In this document: piece by piece, positions 46,371 to 54,094 of the stretch
Numbering within the stretch: the stretch's first letter is position 1
Layout of the letters: each line of letters begins with the position of its first letter
The notes under the pieces: generated by a model
Told to the model about the DNA's origin: nothing
The model's database searches: none
Seen by the model: only the letters and a program-made list of their open reading frames with translations
Source of the DNA: an uncultured Eubacteriales bacterium
Lineage (GTDB): Bacteria > Bacillota > Clostridia > Christensenellales > Aristaeellaceae
Assembly (NCBI GenBank): GCA_902785105.1
Contig: CACZXF010000043.1
Coordinates: forward strand, 20,580 to 84,579
DNA: 64,000 nt
Direction of reading: 5' to 3'
Position numbers and translations under genes: made by a program

Positions 46371-47297
46371 ATGAAGAAACTGCTTGCCATCCTGGTCGCA
46401 CTGGTGCTGGCCCTGAGCTGCTTTGCCGCCCTGGCCGAGGAAGAGGACGAAGAGAACTATGAGACCGGCGACGCCACCCTGGACCTGGTCCGCAATGAGG
46501 ACGAGATCGGTGAGAAGGAACTGCTGGTCGTGTCCTTCGGCACCAGCTTCAACGACAGCCGCCGCCTGACCATTGGCGGCATCGAGGGCGCCATCGCCGA
46601 CGCCATCGCCGATTACAGCGTGCGCCGCGCCTTCACCGCCCAGATCATCATCGACCACGTCGAGCGCCGCGACAGCATCCACATCGACAACGTGACCGAG
46701 GCTCTGGACCGCGCCGTGGCCAACGGCGTCAAGACCCTGGTCGTGCAGCCCACCCACCTGATGCACGGCATCGAGTACGATGAGCTGAAGAGCACCCTGG
46801 CCGGCTATGCCGATAAGTTCGACAAGGTCGTCGTGGGCGAGCCCCTGCTGACCAGCGACGAGGACTTCGACCGCGTGGCTGACATCATGATCAACCTGCT
46901 GAAGGACTACGACGACGGCAAGACCGCCCTGGTCTACATGGGCCACGGCACCGAGCACGAGTCCAACGCTGTCTACGCCAAGATGCAGGGCATTCTGACC
47001 GAGAAGGGCGCCGCCAACTACTATGTCGGCACCGTCGAGGCCGCTCCCTCCCTGGATGACGTCATGGAAGCCATCAAGGATAAGGGCTACACCCGCGTCG
47101 TGCTGCGCGACATGATGGTCGTCTGCGGCGACCACGCCAACAATGACATGGCAGGCGACGAGGAGGATTCCTGGAAGTCCATCCTGACCGCCGCGGGCTA
47201 CGAGGTCGTGCCCGTGCTGGAGGGTCTGGGCCAGGTGCCCGAGATCCAGGCGATCTACGTCGAGCACGCGCAGGCCGCCGTGGAAGCTGCCAAGTAA
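46371..47297 (+). CDS. Secreted CbiK-like (class II chelatase fold) protein
   Basis: Signal peptide MKKLLAILVALVLALSCFAALA. LVVSFGTS ... LVVQPTHLMHGIEY ... VYMGHGTEH are CbiK-type motifs. The track start at 46056 is rejected because it runs through the riboswitch. Confidence 0.7.
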   Translation: MKKLLAILVALVLALSCFAALAEEEDEENYETGDATLDLVRNEDEIGEKELLVVSFGTSFNDSRRLTIGGIEGAIADAIADYSVRRAFTAQIIIDHVERRDSIHIDNVTEALDRAVANGVKTLVVQPTHLMHGIEYDELKSTLAGYADKFDKVVVGEPLLTSDEDFDRVADIMINLLKDYDDGKTALVYMGHGTEHESNAVYAKMQGILTEKGAANYYVGTVEAAPSLDDVMEAIKDKGYTRVVLRDMMVVCGDHANNDMAGDEEDSWKSILTAAGYEVVPVLEGLGQVPEIQAIYVEHAQAAVEAAK

Positions 47298-47314
47298 TTC
47301 CACAAGCCACAGTG

Positions 47315-47341
47315 AAACAGCCCGTTTGACGCGGGCTGTTT
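47315..47341 (+). terminator. Stem-loop after the CbiK-like gene
   Basis: AAACAGCCCG-tttgacg-CGGGCTGTTT followed by C/T-rich sequence. Confidence 0.5.
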
Positions 47342-47361
47342 CCTATATATCAATGTTTGTT

Positions 47362-47515
47362 CGATAAACCGGAAGTTTATCAGGGAATCAAACCAACCCT
47401 GTAGGGGCGCCGTTTCGGCGCCCGTCCCGGAGAGACAGCACATTTTATTGGGCGGGCGGCGAAACACCGCCCCTACAGAAGAGCGGGCAGCTCCCCACCA
47501 ACTCCCCGTTTATCG
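47362..47515. repeat. Family C element, copy C9
   Basis: CGATAAACCGGAAGTTTATCAG ... core ... CTCCCCGTTTATCG. Confidence 0.9.
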
Positions 47516-47547
47516 ACATAAGACCCACTATCAAGGAGGAATCCCCC

Positions 47548-48381
47548 ATGAAAAAGACCCTTGCTCTGCTCCTCGCCCTGATGCTGCTGTGCTTCTGTGC
47601 CCTGGCCGAAACCGTCCCGGACACCTCGCGGATTGCGGACGCCTCGGAGATGACCGCCGTGGACGACATCGTGCCCGAGGGCATGACCCCGGTGACCGCG
47701 GACATGCTGAACGACGGCGTGTATGACGGTGTGGCCGTGGAATCGTCCTCGTCGATGTTCAAGGTGGTGGACTGCGTGCTCACCGTCAAGGAGGGACAGA
47801 TGACCGCCCTTCTGAAGATGAAGAGCGACGCCTACATCTACATGTATCCCGACACCGCCGAGGCGGCCTCCCAGGCCCCCTTTGAGGACCTCCAGGGCCT
47901 CCAGGCGCTGGACGACGGCCAGGGCTTCATCCTGCCCGTGGATGCGCTGAACGCGGGCTACACCTGCGCGGCCTTCTCCAAGAAGAAGCAGGCATGGTAT
48001 CCCCGGACCCTGCTGTTCCGGGCAGACTCCCTGCCGCTCACGGCTTGGAAGACCCTGACCACCGCCGAGAGCCTGGGCCTTGAGGATGGCGACTACACCG
48101 CCGAGGTGACCCTTGCCGGCAGCACCGAGCTGGCCTCCCCCGCCACCCTCCACGTCACAGGCGGCGCGTGCACCGCGGACATCGTGTTCTCTTCTTCCAA
48201 AATCGACTATGTCATCGTGGACAGCCAGAAGTACGAGCCCACCGCCACCGAAGACGGCGCGGCCTTCACCGTGCCCGTGGCGGCCTTCAATGTCGGCCTC
48301 TCCATCATCGTCGATTCCACCGCCATCACCCCCGCCGTGGAGATTCCCTGCGCCATGACCTTCGCCGCGCCGGTGAAGTGA
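47548..48381 (+). CDS. Secreted two-domain protein of unknown function
   Basis: Has a signal peptide. The second domain (GGACTADIVFSS ... FTVPV) resembles the N-terminal domain of the SBP at 26950. Confidence 0.6.
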   Translation: MKKTLALLLALMLLCFCALAETVPDTSRIADASEMTAVDDIVPEGMTPVTADMLNDGVYDGVAVESSSSMFKVVDCVLTVKEGQMTALLKMKSDAYIYMYPDTAEAASQAPFEDLQGLQALDDGQGFILPVDALNAGYTCAAFSKKKQAWYPRTLLFRADSLPLTAWKTLTTAESLGLEDGDYTAEVTLAGSTELASPATLHVTGGACTADIVFSSSKIDYVIVDSQKYEPTATEDGAAFTVPVAAFNVGLSIIVDSTAITPAVEIPCAMTFAAPVK

Positions 48382-48408
48382 CGCTGTTCTTGACTGTTCA
48401 GTGTTATT

Positions 48409-48642
48409 GATAAACAGGGATTTGTCGGGATGTCATTCGAAACCCACCTCATCCGCCCTCACGGGCACCTTCCCCTCAAGGGGAAGGCAAGGGGTTAAGA
48501 ACGGTGGCCCCAAAAGCCTTCCCCTTGAGGGGAAGGTGCCCCAAGAACGGTGGCCCCAAAAGCCTTCCCCTTGAGGGGAAGGTGCCCCGAAGGGGCGGAT
48601 GAGGTGGCTTACCCGCTCTCCCCGACAAATTCCAATTTATCG
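48409..48642. repeat. Family B element, copy B7, with an internal duplication
   Basis: Carries both termini. AAGAACGGTGGCCCCAAAAGCCTTCCCCTTGAGGGGAAGGTGCCCC occurs twice. Confidence 0.9.
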
Positions 48643-48654
48643 CGCAGTTCTCCC

Positions 48655-48692
48655 AAAAATGCGGCACCCTGCCCGCTGTCGGACAGGGTGCC
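48655..48692 (-). terminator. Rho-independent terminator of the response-regulator pair
   Basis: On the minus strand: GGCACCCTG-loop-CAGGGTGCC then GCATTTTT. Confidence 0.7.
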
Positions 48693-48739
48693 TGTGAAGG
48701 ATGGATTGGTTTCACCGCGGCAATTGCCTTCGATGGAAA

Positions 48740-49132
48740 TTATGGGTTATTTGTGAAATCGCGGTCTCTGAGCAGCGCGTTGATGCGGGCCAGCAGAATC
48801 CGGGGAGAGAAGGGCTTGGTGACGTAGTCGTCCGCGCCAATCTCCAGGCCCATGACCTTGTCCGCCTCCTCATCCTTTACAGAGAGCATGATGATCGGGG
48901 ATTTGGCCGTGGGGCTGTGCAGGCGGAGCCTTTGACAGACCTCCTCGCCGGGCATGTCCGGCAGCACCAGATCGAGCAGTATCAGCGCCGGCTTCTGAGA
49001 ATAGGCCAGGGCCAGGGCGTCCAGCCCTGTGCGGGCCAGGAGCACCGAGAAGCCCGCCTCTTCGAGCACAAAGGTCAGCAGTTCAAGGATGGTCGGATCG
49101 TCGTCCACGCAGAGGATTACCGTATTCGCCAT
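48740..49132 (-). CDS. Stand-alone receiver-domain response regulator
   Basis: VDDD, LLDLVLPDMPG, MLS and KPF are canonical REC residues. 130 aa with no output domain. Confidence 0.8.
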   Translation of the reverse strand: MANTVILCVDDDPTILELLTFVLEEAGFSVLLARTGLDALALAYSQKPALILLDLVLPDMPGEEVCQRLRLHSPTAKSPIIMLSVKDEEADKVMGLEIGADDYVTKPFSPRILLARINALLRDRDFTNNP

Positions 49133-49169
49133 GCGATCACCTCCGTTTGTCCATCTTGCGGGTCGAGGT

Positions 49170-49826
49170 TCACGCGATTGCGGTCAGTCGGTAGCCTACG
49201 CCGCGAACGGTCTCGATCATCGAGGCGTCGCTGCCCAGCTTCATGCGAATGTGGCGGATGTGCACGTCCACCGTCCGGGTCTCCCCGTAAAATTCATAGC
49301 CCCATATCCGGTCCAGCAGATAGTCCCGCGTCAGCACACGGCCCGGACTCTCCGCCAGCAGCTTCAGAAGCTCATATTCCTTTAACGTCAGGGGCAGCTT
49401 TTCGTTGTTGCGGAAGGCTTCGTAGTTCTCCGAATCGATGGTCAGCGGGCCGACCACGATCAGTTCCTCCGCCGGGTAATCGTCGATGCGCCGGAACACC
49501 GCCTTCACGCGGGCCAGCAGCTCCCGCACCGAAAAGGGCTTTACGATGTAATCCACCACGCCCATGTCAAAGGCGTCCACGATGGCGTCCTCATTGTCGT
49601 TCTCGGTCAGTATGATCACGGGGGTCGAGCGGACCGCGCCCAGCAGGTCGAAGCCGCCCAAATCGGAGAGGTGAGGATCGAGCAGAACCAGAGAAGCATC
49701 GGTTTTCAGCGCATCCTTGCCAACCGTGGTCGTCTCCACTTCGTAACCAGATGCCTCCAGGTTAAAAGTGAGCAAATCGAGTATGTTCCTGTCTGTATCC
49801 ACACATAATATCTTCCTGTTCTGCAT
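49170..49826 (-). CDS. OmpR/PhoB-type response regulator
   Basis: REC domain (VDTD, LLDPHL, ILT, KPF) plus a winged-helix C-terminus (LTLKEYELLKLL ... VDVHIRHIRMKL ... VRGVGYRL). Confidence 0.8.
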   Translation of the reverse strand: MQNRKILCVDTDRNILDLLTFNLEASGYEVETTTVGKDALKTDASLVLLDPHLSDLGGFDLLGAVRSTPVIILTENDNEDAIVDAFDMGVVDYIVKPFSVRELLARVKAVFRRIDDYPAEELIVVGPLTIDSENYEAFRNNEKLPLTLKEYELLKLLAESPGRVLTRDYLLDRIWGYEFYGETRTVDVHIRHIRMKLGSDASMIETVRGVGYRLTAIA

Positions 49827-50004
49827 AATGATTACCTCCTTCTCTGCCGCATCTCCTTTCGATACAAATATTATGTTGGGTATACATTTACAATATTATA
49901 TTAACATACAGCCGTTTAAAAAACAATATGTTAAATGCAAATGTCAAAAAAATAACAACCCGTATTACTCATGTAACCATCGCCGTATCCGCCCGAAAAT
50001 CACG

Positions 50005-50032
50005 AAAAGCCCTGAAAATAAAGGGCTTTTGT
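50005..50032. terminator. Orphan bidirectional terminator-like hairpin in an AT-rich spacer
   Basis: AAAAGCCCT-gaaaataa-AGGGCTTTT. Confidence 0.5.
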
Positions 50033-50088
50033 GTTGCCATGGCAAATTTTAGACGGAATAATTCGCAAAAAACATAAAAAAGTTTTAT

Positions 50089-50131
50089 TTGACAACAGGT
50101 TCTCAATAGTCTAAATTTATATATTTAGACT
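50089..50131 (+). promoter_or_regulatory. Promoter with an overlapping perfect palindrome (candidate operator)
   Basis: TTGACA, 17 nt, TAAATT. AGTCTAAAT-ttatat-ATTTAGACT spans 50108-50131. Confidence 0.5.
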
Positions 50132-50168
50132 ACATCGTTATGATGGGATGTAACTGTTTGATGCTGTT

Positions 50169-50224
50169 CATAAACCGGGGGATTTATCTGAGAGGCGTAA
50201 CTCTGACAACTTCCAATTTATCGG
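50169..50224. repeat. Empty-shell copy of the element termini (no core)
   Basis: CATAAACCGGGGGATTTATCTGAG-aggcgtaact-CTGACAACTTCCAATTTATCGG. Confidence 0.75.
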
Positions 50225-50304
50225 TTCAGATCGAAAAGTTCCCTGTTCCCTTGCAAATCCCCGCCGATTGCGCTATAATCGCAGGCAGAGAAGGGGTGCG
50301 CGAT

Positions 50305-51204
50305 ATGAAGAAATGGCTGATATGGATACTGACGGCGGCGGTGGCGCTGAGCCTGGCGGCGGCGCTGGCCGAGGATTATCATGTGAACGAAAAAAACGGC
50401 GACAATTTCGCCGCGCTGCTGGTATACCTGGCGAGGGCTTACGAGCAGCCCTCCCTGGAGACGGCGCAGGCCGTAGAGAGCTGGCTTACGACCATACGGG
50501 AGACAGACGCCCGTGACGGCGAGGTGGCTGATGCCATCGTCGAACACTGGCAAGCGGTCTACATCGACCCGGATTATCCGCTCTATATGCACGACGGTGG
50601 CGAGCGGGCCGAAGCGCTGGAGGCGCTGGGCCTTCCGGACGAGTCCGCCCACGCGCTGGTGGTGCTGGGCTATGAGCTGAAAAACGGCGAGATGACCGCC
50701 GAACTGAAGGGCCGCTGCGACGCGGCGGCAGCGGCGGCGCGTTCCCTGCCGAATGCCATCCTCGTCTGCTCCGGCGGCGCCACCGGCGACAACAATCCGA
50801 AGGGGCATACCGAGGCGGGCATGATGCGGGACTATCTGGTGAACCGTTGCGGCATCGACGCTTCCCGCATATTCATCGACGAGCGCGCCATGACCACGAC
50901 CCAGAACGCCATCAACACCTTCGCCATGCTGATGGACCGGGGCATCCGCACCTATACCATCGTCACGTCCTCCTATCATCAGCGCTGGGGTCAGGCCGTC
51001 TACAACGCCATGGCCGCCGTCTGTCGCCAGCGCTATGGCTACGAGGCGCAGATCGTCGGCAACTACTGCTACGACACCGCCCCCTCCAGCGAGCACTACC
51101 GCCAGGATGACCGCATCGCCGCCACCCAGATCGCCGCCGTGCTGGAGCTACCCCGCGATTCCATCGATAAAATGCGGAGCGTATTTGACAGAAACAAGGG
51201 TTGA
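50305..51204 (+). CDS. Secreted YdcF/DUF218-family protein
   Basis: Has a signal peptide. LVVLGYEL ... ILVCSGGATG ... TEAGMMRDYL ... IFIDERAMTTTQNA ... TIVTSSYHQRW. The track start at 50140 is rejected. Confidence 0.7.
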   Translation: MKKWLIWILTAAVALSLAAALAEDYHVNEKNGDNFAALLVYLARAYEQPSLETAQAVESWLTTIRETDARDGEVADAIVEHWQAVYIDPDYPLYMHDGGERAEALEALGLPDESAHALVVLGYELKNGEMTAELKGRCDAAAAAARSLPNAILVCSGGATGDNNPKGHTEAGMMRDYLVNRCGIDASRIFIDERAMTTTQNAINTFAMLMDRGIRTYTIVTSSYHQRWGQAVYNAMAAVCRQRYGYEAQIVGNYCYDTAPSSEHYRQDDRIAATQIAAVLELPRDSIDKMRSVFDRNKG

Positions 51205-51211
51205 GATTCTT

Positions 51212-51565
51212 CGATAAACAGGGATTTGTGGGGTGCCCCCACGGGCAATTGCTACCGCGCATAGGCACCGGTCTTTGGGGGCCATAGATCCGAGCCCCCA
51301 AAGACCTACGTTGCGTTTCTTTTAATTCCACGTTCGAAGCGACGACTTTTTGCCCCATAGATCCGAGGGCAAAAAGTCTGCGTTGTAAGATTACTGCGCA
51401 GTTTTTGAGGTCGTGCTTTTTGGCCTCAAAAACGTTGCCTGCCGCTAACGCAATATAGGAACGTATCGAAGGTTCTGGGGGGCTCGGACCTATGGTCCCC
51501 CAGAACCGGTGCCTCTCCGCGGAGCTATGGGGTGCGGGCACAGCCCGCCAAATTCCAATTTGTAG
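51212..51565. repeat. Long composite element, family E (four hairpins inside the shared termini)
   Basis: CGATAAACAGGGATTTGTGGGG ... hairpins at 51271-51306, 51344-51378, 51401-51432 and 51471-51507 ... CGCCAAATTCCAATTTGTAG. Confidence 0.85.
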
Positions 51566-51665
51566 CGGGGCTGAATAGTTGCCACTATTGAAACCCGCCA
51601 CAGCATTATGGCGGGATGAAAAACAAAACTTTACAACAAAAATTCTCCCAAAGCCAAAAATCCCC

Positions 51666-51694
51666 TTGACATTTCCCCCGATGTTGTGTATAAT
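51666..51694 (+). promoter_or_regulatory. Consensus sigma-A promoter for tRNA-Pro
   Basis: TTGACA, 17 nt, TATAAT. Confidence 0.75.
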
Positions 51695-51723
51695 ATATCA
51701 CGTTGTCGAGGGAACGACATTGA

Positions 51724-51800
51724 CTGGGTGTAGCGCAGTTTGGTAGCGTGCTTGAATGGGGTTCAAGAGGCCGGAGGTTCGAATCCTCTCACCCAGACCA
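51724..51800 (+). tRNA. tRNA-Pro (anticodon GGG)
   Basis: Folded by hand. Acceptor CTGGGTG/CACCCAG, D stem GCGC/GCGT, anticodon stem CTTGA/TCAAG with loop AUGGGGU, T arm GGAGG-TTCGAAT-CCTCT, discriminator A, and an encoded CCA. Confidence 0.85.
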
Positions 51801-51804
51801 AAGC

Positions 51805-51848
51805 AAAGGCACTGAAAACCATCGTGTTTTCAGTGCCTTTCACTTTTT
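51805..51848 (+). terminator. Rho-independent terminator after tRNA-Pro
   Basis: AAAGGCACTGAAAAC-loop-GTTTTCAGTGCCTTT then CACTTTTT. Confidence 0.8.
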
Positions 51849-51881
51849 GGCACATCCGTTGCAATCGAGGAGAGGTTTACC

Positions 51882-52706
51882 ATGACGGAGAAGAAAAAAT
51901 CGAAAGCCCGTAGACTGCGGGAGGCGCGCAGGCGCAAGCAACGACGGCAGCGAATGATGATCGGCGTCGGCGCAGGCATCGCGGTCCTCATTATCATCAT
52001 TGCGTTCATTATGCTGAAGCCCAGCGCGCGGGATGAAGCCGCCGTGCCCGCGCCGACGGAGGTCTATATCGAGCCCACAGCCACGCCCATCCCCACGGCC
52101 ATTCCCACCCAGGCCCCGACGGACACGCCCGAACCCACGGCGGAACCCACCGTAGAGCCGGGGCTTACGCCGGACGTGGTGTCCTTCTACCAGCCGGAGG
52201 GCAAGCCCTATTCGCCGCGAATCCGCATGGAGGACGAGTTCTCCGCGAAGTGGAAGAAGGGCGAGGACATCGGCAGCTTTGAGGTCATCGCCTCCGACGA
52301 GGACCGGCTGGAGGGAGACTTCTTCGGGGACATCTTCGGCGCGTGCTGGAAGTCCTTCCCGGACGCGGACAAGTGCAAGATCGGCTTCACCCTGCGCTAC
52401 AGCCTCTCGGACGGCAGCGAGATACAATACACCATGCTCTCCCCCTCCCACATCGAACACACGGAGTACATCGAATGCTGGCTCTACGACGACTACCACC
52501 GGGAGCCGCACAAGTCCTACTCCCACATCAAGCGCATGACGGACGACACTCTCATCACCTCCATCAAGCTCACCTGTGGACGGAAGATCAAGGAGGTCCA
52601 GGAGATCTGGCTCACCGCCTTCATCTGCGCCTCCATGGACGAGTTCGATGCCGACCGCAACTACACCGGCCCCACTTCCTGCACGCTGCACATCACGCGG
52701 GCGTAG
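51882..52706 (+). CDS. Hypothetical membrane-anchored protein
   Basis: Arg/Lys-rich N-terminus, one TM helix, a Pro/Thr-rich linker, then a Cys-containing globular C-terminal domain. No family recognised. Confidence 0.55.
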   Translation: MTEKKKSKARRLREARRRKQRRQRMMIGVGAGIAVLIIIIAFIMLKPSARDEAAVPAPTEVYIEPTATPIPTAIPTQAPTDTPEPTAEPTVEPGLTPDVVSFYQPEGKPYSPRIRMEDEFSAKWKKGEDIGSFEVIASDEDRLEGDFFGDIFGACWKSFPDADKCKIGFTLRYSLSDGSEIQYTMLSPSHIEHTEYIECWLYDDYHREPHKSYSHIKRMTDDTLITSIKLTCGRKIKEVQEIWLTAFICASMDEFDADRNYTGPTSCTLHITRA

Positions 52707-52721
52707 GAGGGACGATACATT

Positions 52722-52923
52722 GGCAAATTGGAATTTGCTTTGGTTTTGAATGGGGAATTGGGAATGGGAAATGGGGAATGGATGTGGAAATCCTTCGGAT
52801 TTCTTTTTATTAAAGATCATCGTAATTCCGAGTGTTTTCCCCATAATCAAACAAATCCGTAGGATTTGTACCTTCATTCCCCATTCCCCATTCCCCATTC
52901 AAAGCGACAAATCCCCGTTTCTC
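52722..52923. repeat. Family D element, copy D2, with shared termini
   Basis: GGCAAATTGGAATTTGC ... GGGGAATTGGGAATGGGAAATGGGGAATGG ... CATTCCCCATTCCCCATTCCCCATTC ... GCGACAAATCCCCGTTTCTC. Confidence 0.85.
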
Positions 52924-52966
52924 TCCACAAACAAAGGAGCCGCGTATCAGCAGCTCCTTTGTTTTG

Positions 52967-54094
52967 TCACGGTCGGGTTATTCTTGAAAACCACAATGCG
53001 GGCGCCCGGTCCAGCAGGCGCAGGAGGGCTTCCACCAGGAAGTAATCGCCATAGACGATGTTGGTGTGGAAGCCCGCCGCGTCGTCATGATAGCTGGCGG
53101 TGCAGTGGGTGAGCAGGCCGCAGTGGTTCGGGGCGAGGTCACAGCAGCGGTCGATGAGGCCGTCCACCAGCGCCTCGGCGGCCTCGCGATAGCGGGAATC
53201 GCCGGTAATCTTATGTAGCTCCAGCAGGCCGCAGGCCCCACAGGCCCCGGCGATGTTGTCCAGCCGTTCGGGGGCCGGGGGCTGGGCGAAGTCGCAGTCC
53301 GTCAGCCCGTCCGGGCGAATGTGGGCGATGAAGAAGTCCGCCACGCGGCGGGCGGCGTCCAGATAGCGGGGGGCGCCGGTATTGGCATAAGCCAACGTGA
53401 AGCCGTAGAGGCCCCAGGCCTGGCCCCGACTCCAGGCGGAGCCCAGCGCATAACCCTGGCCGGCGTGCTCCCGAACCTTCGCGCCGGTCTCCGGGTCGAA
53501 TTCCACGATGTGGGCCACGGAGCCGTCGAGGCGCAGGAAGTGTTCGAGGGTGGTGTCTGCGTGGATTTTGGCGACCTTGGCAAAGCGCGGGTCGCCGGTC
53601 TCGGCGCTGGCCCAGAACAGCAGGGACAGGTTCATCATGCAGTCGATGATGGCGTAGCCCACCCGGTCCGGCTCATTCCAGGCGCGGATGAAGCCCGTCG
53701 GATTGAAGCGGCCCATCAGCAGACTGGCAGCGTGGAGGCAGTCGGTTCGGGCCTGTTTGTCCCCGGTCAGCCGGTAGTCCGCGCCTCGGGAGAGCAGGTA
53801 CATGAAGCCCACATCGTGATTGAGCAGGTTGAAGGTCCTCAGTTCTTCCGCCAAAAGATTCCCAACCCGGCGGGCCTCCGCCATGAAGGCCGCGTCGCCC
53901 GTCTCGCTGTACAATAGCCACAGCAGGCCCGGCCAGAAGCCGCCGGTCCACCAGCTGTTGCCGTCGAAGGGCGCGCCACGCCAGTGGTCGCCCTCGCCGC
54001 CGTAGGGGATGAGGGCCCCCTCCGCCGCCAGCGGAGCCGTGGCGCGGGCCTTCGCGATGATCTTCTCCAATATCTCAGAGATATTGTTTCGCAA
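52967..54094 (-). CDS. GH88-type unsaturated glucuronyl hydrolase
   Basis: TTG start 8 nt after GGAGGAGG. SWWTGGFWPGLLWLLY and later motifs are typical of GH88. No signal peptide. Confidence 0.75.
   Translation of the reverse strand: MRNNISEILEKIIAKARATAPLAAEGALIPYGGEGDHWRGAPFDGNSWWTGGFWPGLLWLLYSETGDAAFMAEARRVGNLLAEELRTFNLLNHDVGFMYLLSRGADYRLTGDKQARTDCLHAASLLMGRFNPTGFIRAWNEPDRVGYAIIDCMMNLSLLFWASAETGDPRFAKVAKIHADTTLEHFLRLDGSVAHIVEFDPETGAKVREHAGQGYALGSAWSRGQAWGLYGFTLAYANTGAPRYLDAARRVADFFIAHIRPDGLTDCDFAQPPAPERLDNIAGACGACGLLELHKITGDSRYREAAEALVDGLIDRCCDLAPNHCGLLTHCTASYHDDAAGFHTNIVYGDYFLVEALLRLLDRAPALWFSRITRP

Noticed and set aside
48701-49615. 304-aa + strand ORF over the response-regulator genes.
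   Set aside because: It is antisense to two proteins with complete receiver and winged-helix motifs. Its composition is Arg/Pro/Ser-rich and it has no RBS.
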